Below are positions 60,115 through 64,000 of a stretch of DNA of 64,000 bases, in pieces; positions within the stretch are counted from its first letter, which is position 1; each line of letters begins with the position of its first letter. Source of the stretch: Bacteriovoracaceae bacterium. Its GTDB lineage: Bacteria; Bdellovibrionota; Bacteriovoracia; Bacteriovoracales; Bacteriovoracaceae. Below the pieces are notes generated by a model that was not told where the DNA came from, made no database searches, and was given only the letters and a program-made list of their open reading frames with translations. The stretch is taken from assembly GCA_965217035.1 (NCBI GenBank), contig OZ244226.1, positions 124,001 through 188,000 of the forward strand. Direction: 5' to 3'. The translations under genes and the position numbers were made by a program.

Positions 60115-62673
60115 CTATTCGAATTTTACTTCCATAAAATCTGACAGATATTCTAGCCCTTCATTGAATGCTCGAGAGAAATCGAATTCGAATTCAACCG
60201 ACTTCTGGAAAGGAGATTCATCTGCAAAGATCCGACTTAATAAACGAGAATACTCATAAGACTCTAATACAAACTTCCCTTTTATATCATCAAATTGTCG
60301 AGAACCTGTCTTATCACTAATATTTATAGAGACAAAATTTCGGTTCTTGTTTTTCTTAAAAGTTATTTTGAAAGTACTACGAGTAAGATTCCTTCTTTGT
60401 TCAGATCCAAGTCTAGCACCAAGATCAGATAAAACTTTACCTATTAAAACCTTTTCTGGTTCATCTGATAACCTCCCAACATAAGAAGACTTTAACTCGA
60501 TAATAACATTTTGATCCCCAATTTTTCGTCCTAATTCCTGCACTTGTGCTGCAGTAAATCGAGAGGCTTCACTACTCACGATCCTTGATGTATTAAGATT
60601 CTTATTTGAACCTTCATTTAATACACCAGCAAAACTTTTTGCTCGAGGGGCATTGTTAAAAATAGAAACTTGATTTGCAGCGACTCCTGCTAATAAGTCT
60701 TGATTTTGAATAATATTTTTACTTGGCCCAAGAGCATATATCTGATTACTAGTAGAAAGTCTAGTTGCGACAGGCACTTCTATACCATTGGAACTAGGAG
60801 TAGTGCTATAGGCAAAGACTTCAGCGCTATCAGTATTTAAAGTATTTATAATCGGAGAATTTTGAAGATATCCTGTAGCATCAACATAAAGATCGGTTGA
60901 TACTCGAGAGGTTCCTCCCCCTAAATTCTCTATGACAAGATCTAAATTAATTTTTTTATCTGATAAATCAGAAGCAGAAGTTACTTGTTCAGGATTAAAA
61001 GGTACCATTTGACCATCTCGAAAAATAAAACCTGCTGCAGAATCTTGAGTAGAACCTATACCTCTTTCAACCACCTCGCTGGCCCTTCCTGAAACAAGAC
61101 GAATCTTTCCAGATTTTATTCCTCCCGCAATATTGGAATAGCGATAACGATTCATTGTTATATACTCGAGACAGTCTGCGAGCTCAGTACTTCCAATAAC
61201 CCAATTAATTTGTCCAACAAATCCATTTTGAACACTATCATAACCATTCGGATTATTAGTAATTCTCAACATTCTCTCTAAAAAAGTTCTTGCTGAGTCT
61301 CCATAACCAACAACTGTAATTGTTTTATTAGTATAGTACTGCATCAAAGCACGCTCATTTTGGTTGATTCCTATCATGGCTTCATCAAAAGACTGCAAGG
61401 TCGGAGGTCTCTTCTTTGCTATGGCCTCAGAACGATCGATTGCTCCTAGCTCTCCTGGATACTTCAAGGTCTTTTTATTAGGACCTAATCCTGTTGCATA
61501 GACAAGTTTATCGGTTAGGACTGTAAAGAATTTACCACTCTCCTTGTCTCTCATTATCAAGACAATAGAATTAAGAAGTTCTCTATCATCCCCAGACCTA
61601 AAGTTAATATTAATAGGAAACTCTACTTCATTAGCGGCAATATCTGATGATCTTGAATAATTTTGGGTAAAGAAATTTTCGACTCTATAACCCGATTCAT
61701 CTTTTTTCAATCTTATAACAAGATCCGAATCACTCGCTCCCCTGTTTGTTCTTGTTTCTATAGAACTCCTGAGAATGTTTTCTCTAAGATCAATGGCTTT
61801 AATGAGCTCTGTATTGAGAAGAATCTCTTTTGAATTTCCTCTGAAAGCAGCAGCATTTATAGTAAGAGCATCCCCAAGATCTCCAGCTTTTGGAAAAAAG
61901 CCAGGAACAAAGTCAGGAATCTGCAATGGAAGTCCAGGAAGATTATTAAGATTTCCATTCCCTGGTAAGTTTATTCCATCTGGTGAATCGGGACGATTAG
62001 AACTATTAAGGACAAATGAATCTCCTTTTTTAGAAAAATTAGACCCAACCACATCAGAAGCATCAATATTCATGACTCTAAAGTCTCTCTTAAGTTCTTT
62101 GCTGAAAACAAGACCATTGGGTCCCGCACCAATGACCACATAATTGAGACGTGTTATTGTATTAATAGAGGTCTTATTACTAGTTTCTGCTATCAATAAT
62201 CTTTTAATCAAACGAGATCTTTGCCTAAGAAAGATATTTGAAGTTTCTACAAGAATTTTTCTAGACCTCGGGTTTTTCATTAGCGGTGTTAAGTAAATTC
62301 GCGTGAACTTTTCAAATAGAGCTGAATCGAGAAGACTATTAAAATCAGCTTCAGTTTTCGCAGCTTCCATTTTTTCTAAGAAATTTTTTATGATTTGATC
62401 GTAAGAAGATGGATCAATGACAGCACCATTGATATCTCTAACAATCGTATCTTTATAGATTTGAGAAAGAACTCTTAAAGTCCCAGGATCAGTTTTTAAC
62501 ATTTCAGCAACAGAGTATCTACAAACGCCCCCTTGAGTGAGCGTTCTATTTATATCTTTACCATCAAGACTTTTTAGAAATTTCAGATAATCTTTAACAG
62601 CAAAGGCTGACTGACAAAAAATAAAGAAAAAAATCAATAATAAACTTCTTCTAATTAACATAGTAACCTTCAT
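60115..62673 (-). CDS. Exported FAD/NAD(P)-binding oxidoreductase-like protein
   Basis: Signal peptide ending AFA; YVVIGAGPNG, LVYATGLG, ITVVGYGDSA, VDATGY, IYALGP. Confidence 0.7.
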   Translation of the reverse strand: MKVTMLIRRSLLLIFFFIFCQSAFAVKDYLKFLKSLDGKDINRTLTQGGVCRYSVAEMLKTDPGTLRVLSQIYKDTIVRDINGAVIDPSSYDQIIKNFLEKMEAAKTEADFNSLLDSALFEKFTRIYLTPLMKNPRSRKILVETSNIFLRQRSRLIKRLLIAETSNKTSINTITRLNYVVIGAGPNGLVFSKELKRDFRVMNIDASDVVGSNFSKKGDSFVLNSSNRPDSPDGINLPGNGNLNNLPGLPLQIPDFVPGFFPKAGDLGDALTINAAAFRGNSKEILLNTELIKAIDLRENILRSSIETRTNRGASDSDLVIRLKKDESGYRVENFFTQNYSRSSDIAANEVEFPININFRSGDDRELLNSIVLIMRDKESGKFFTVLTDKLVYATGLGPNKKTLKYPGELGAIDRSEAIAKKRPPTLQSFDEAMIGINQNERALMQYYTNKTITVVGYGDSARTFLERMLRITNNPNGYDSVQNGFVGQINWVIGSTELADCLEYITMNRYRYSNIAGGIKSGKIRLVSGRASEVVERGIGSTQDSAAGFIFRDGQMVPFNPEQVTSASDLSDKKINLDLVIENLGGGTSRVSTDLYVDATGYLQNSPIINTLNTDSAEVFAYSTTPSSNGIEVPVATRLSTSNQIYALGPSKNIIQNQDLLAGVAANQVSIFNNAPRAKSFAGVLNEGSNKNLNTSRIVSSEASRFTAAQVQELGRKIGDQNVIIELKSSYVGRLSDEPEKVLIGKVLSDLGARLGSEQRRNLTRSTFKITFKKNKNRNFVSINISDKTGSRQFDDIKGKFVLESYEYSRLLSRIFADESPFQKSVEFEFDFSRAFNEGLEYLSDFMEVKFE

Positions 62674-62837
62674 AAGGGAAAATAGTATTTAAAATTCTTA
62701 TTGGAATATTATCGACTTCTATAAAGAAATCTTTAAGAGCAAAGACTGACTAATAGAGGTTGACCTGAGAACTCTGATTCTTAGGAAATATCTCACTCGT
62801 CCGATAAAGTTACTCTGAAATAATTACTTTGGAGTTT

Positions 62838-64000
62838 TTGAAATTGAAGTATCTTTTTCCCATATTATTTGTTTTTCATTGGAATCTTAGTGGGTATGCT
62901 CAAACGACCTATGGTTCTGAATTTGAGTTGATGGGAAGAAATCAAATGAAAGTCATAGGGGCTTGCGCTGCATTTTTTGGAACTATTCCAATTATTCTTT
63001 TTCATGAAGCCGGTATGCTAAAGCCTAAAAAAGAAACTGGAGTCATGTTAATTCAATATGCAGTTCTTGGAGGATTTACCTCTGTTGTCGGTTTTGCAGG
63101 ATCTGTTCTATGCCAAGAATTAATCGTTAAGTATAAATATAAAAAATTAAAGAAGGCTTTATTAAACAGATGTAAAACTTCTAAGTGTAAAGTTGAAAAA
63201 GTAAGAGTTAAGAGTGTTAGGCATCGAGAACATGAGGCTTTTAAAGTGCTTTATAATGATGGATTCTACTTTATACTCGACAAAGATATTACGGCAATTG
63301 AGATACAGATGAAGCCCATAACTCTTGAAGGGCTCAAAAAACAAGAGATGAGATTAAAACGTGATCTCTTTGATCTTGCTAAATCTCAAGGAATTGAAGC
63401 GTATCGTTCAACTGAATTTCTTTCGCAAGGGCACATTAATATTGGATATGAATCAGCTTTTGGAGGAGATGAGCTTCTTTTTAGAAACTTTGTGATCGAT
63501 CAGCTAAATCATTCTGAACTTGCGACAGGTATTTTTTCAAATGATAATTACAACGCAAAAACTCCCATGAAAAAAGCTGAGAAAAGAGTAAAACTTGAGA
63601 AAGTTATTGCTCAATTCGACAAGGGAGAGTTATCTGTAGCCGATTTTTCAAAAAAACTTCAAGATATTTATGGTGGTTCAATGACATTTATGAGCTTAAA
63701 TACTTTGTTTGAAAAAAAATCAAGAAATGAATTAAAATTTGCAAAGAATACAAGAAGAGTTGAGATTCGAGCTCACCGGGCCCAGAAAGATATTAAAGAG
63801 TTTTTACTATTAGTACAGATTTATGAGAAGCGAATTGAGTATCTTAAGCAGTTCAGAGAGCCTATTAAATTTATTAATTCCCCTCCTCCTAGGAAGCTAG
63901 AAGATAAAGTTCGTAATTTCGAAGTCTATCTTAAAGAAATGGGGGAAGATCCTCAAAGTTATAAAGAAATCTTTCCTAAAAAGATCTGTCGTCATTTCAC
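62838..64000 (+). CDS. Exported amidoligase-like (COOH-NH2 ligase fold) protein, runs off window end
   Basis: Not in ORF track; TTG start (62838 or 62844) after GGAG; manual translation gives MKLKYLFPILFVFHWNLSGYA-QTTYGSEFEL...DKDITAIEIQMKP...GHINIG...RRVEIRAHRAQ, open to the edge. Confidence 0.65.
   Translation, partial: MKLKYLFPILFVFHWNLSGYAQTTYGSEFELMGRNQMKVIGACAAFFGTIPIILFHEAGMLKPKKETGVMLIQYAVLGGFTSVVGFAGSVLCQELIVKYKYKKLKKALLNRCKTSKCKVEKVRVKSVRHREHEAFKVLYNDGFYFILDKDITAIEIQMKPITLEGLKKQEMRLKRDLFDLAKSQGIEAYRSTEFLSQGHINIGYESAFGGDELLFRNFVIDQLNHSELATGIFSNDNYNAKTPMKKAEKRVKLEKVIAQFDKGELSVADFSKKLQDIYGGSMTFMSLNTLFEKKSRNELKFAKNTRRVEIRAHRAQKDIKEFLLLVQIYEKRIEYLKQFREPIKFINSPPPRKLEDKVRNFEVYLKEMGEDPQSYKEIFPKKICRHF

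Noticed and set aside
888..63344. Numerous 60-165 aa ORFs nested in or antisense to long genes
   Set aside because: Shadow ORFs of well-supported genes, with no independent motifs
1..64000. rRNA, tRNA, IS elements, prophage
   Set aside because: No cloverleaf or rRNA-like segment, transposase, integrase or phage structural cluster recognised by eye; intergenic gaps are short

Overview
AT-rich bacterial chromosomal segment. Gene content suggests a predatory Bdellovibrionota (Bacteriovorax/Halobacteriovorax-like) genome; this is an inference. No rRNA, tRNA, CRISPR array, transposase, integrase or prophage is visible. From left to right: a truncated EVE-domain gene; a complete minus-strand Agl-Glt-type gliding/surface-transport operon headed by a vWA lipoprotein (0.6-11.4 kb); speA; a lipoprotein with 48-aa beta-propeller repeats; sucA-sucB-lpdA-Nif3; a 13 kb redox/glycosyl-transfer island (DedA-fused flavin disulfide reductase, two DUF547 proteins, TIGR04282/TIGR04283-type transferases, a GT-C transferase, a glycoside-hydrolase-like protein, two outer-membrane barrels and msrB-msrA) that lacks the radical SAM gene usually linked to it; a collagen/Cys-repeat fibre lipoprotein; acnA; three degenerate or orphan enzymes (PP-loop-altered MnmA paralog, ABC-ATPase relic, solitary restriction-endonuclease-like protein); a Ddl-like ATP-grasp ligase and a zincin peptidase separated by a two-gene block; icd, M23 peptidase and secA; and two apparently exported enzymes of normally cytoplasmic folds (a flavin/NAD(P)H oxidoreductase and a COOH-NH2 amidoligase-like ORF missing from the ORF track). 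All family calls come from motif recognition by eye; no database search was run.
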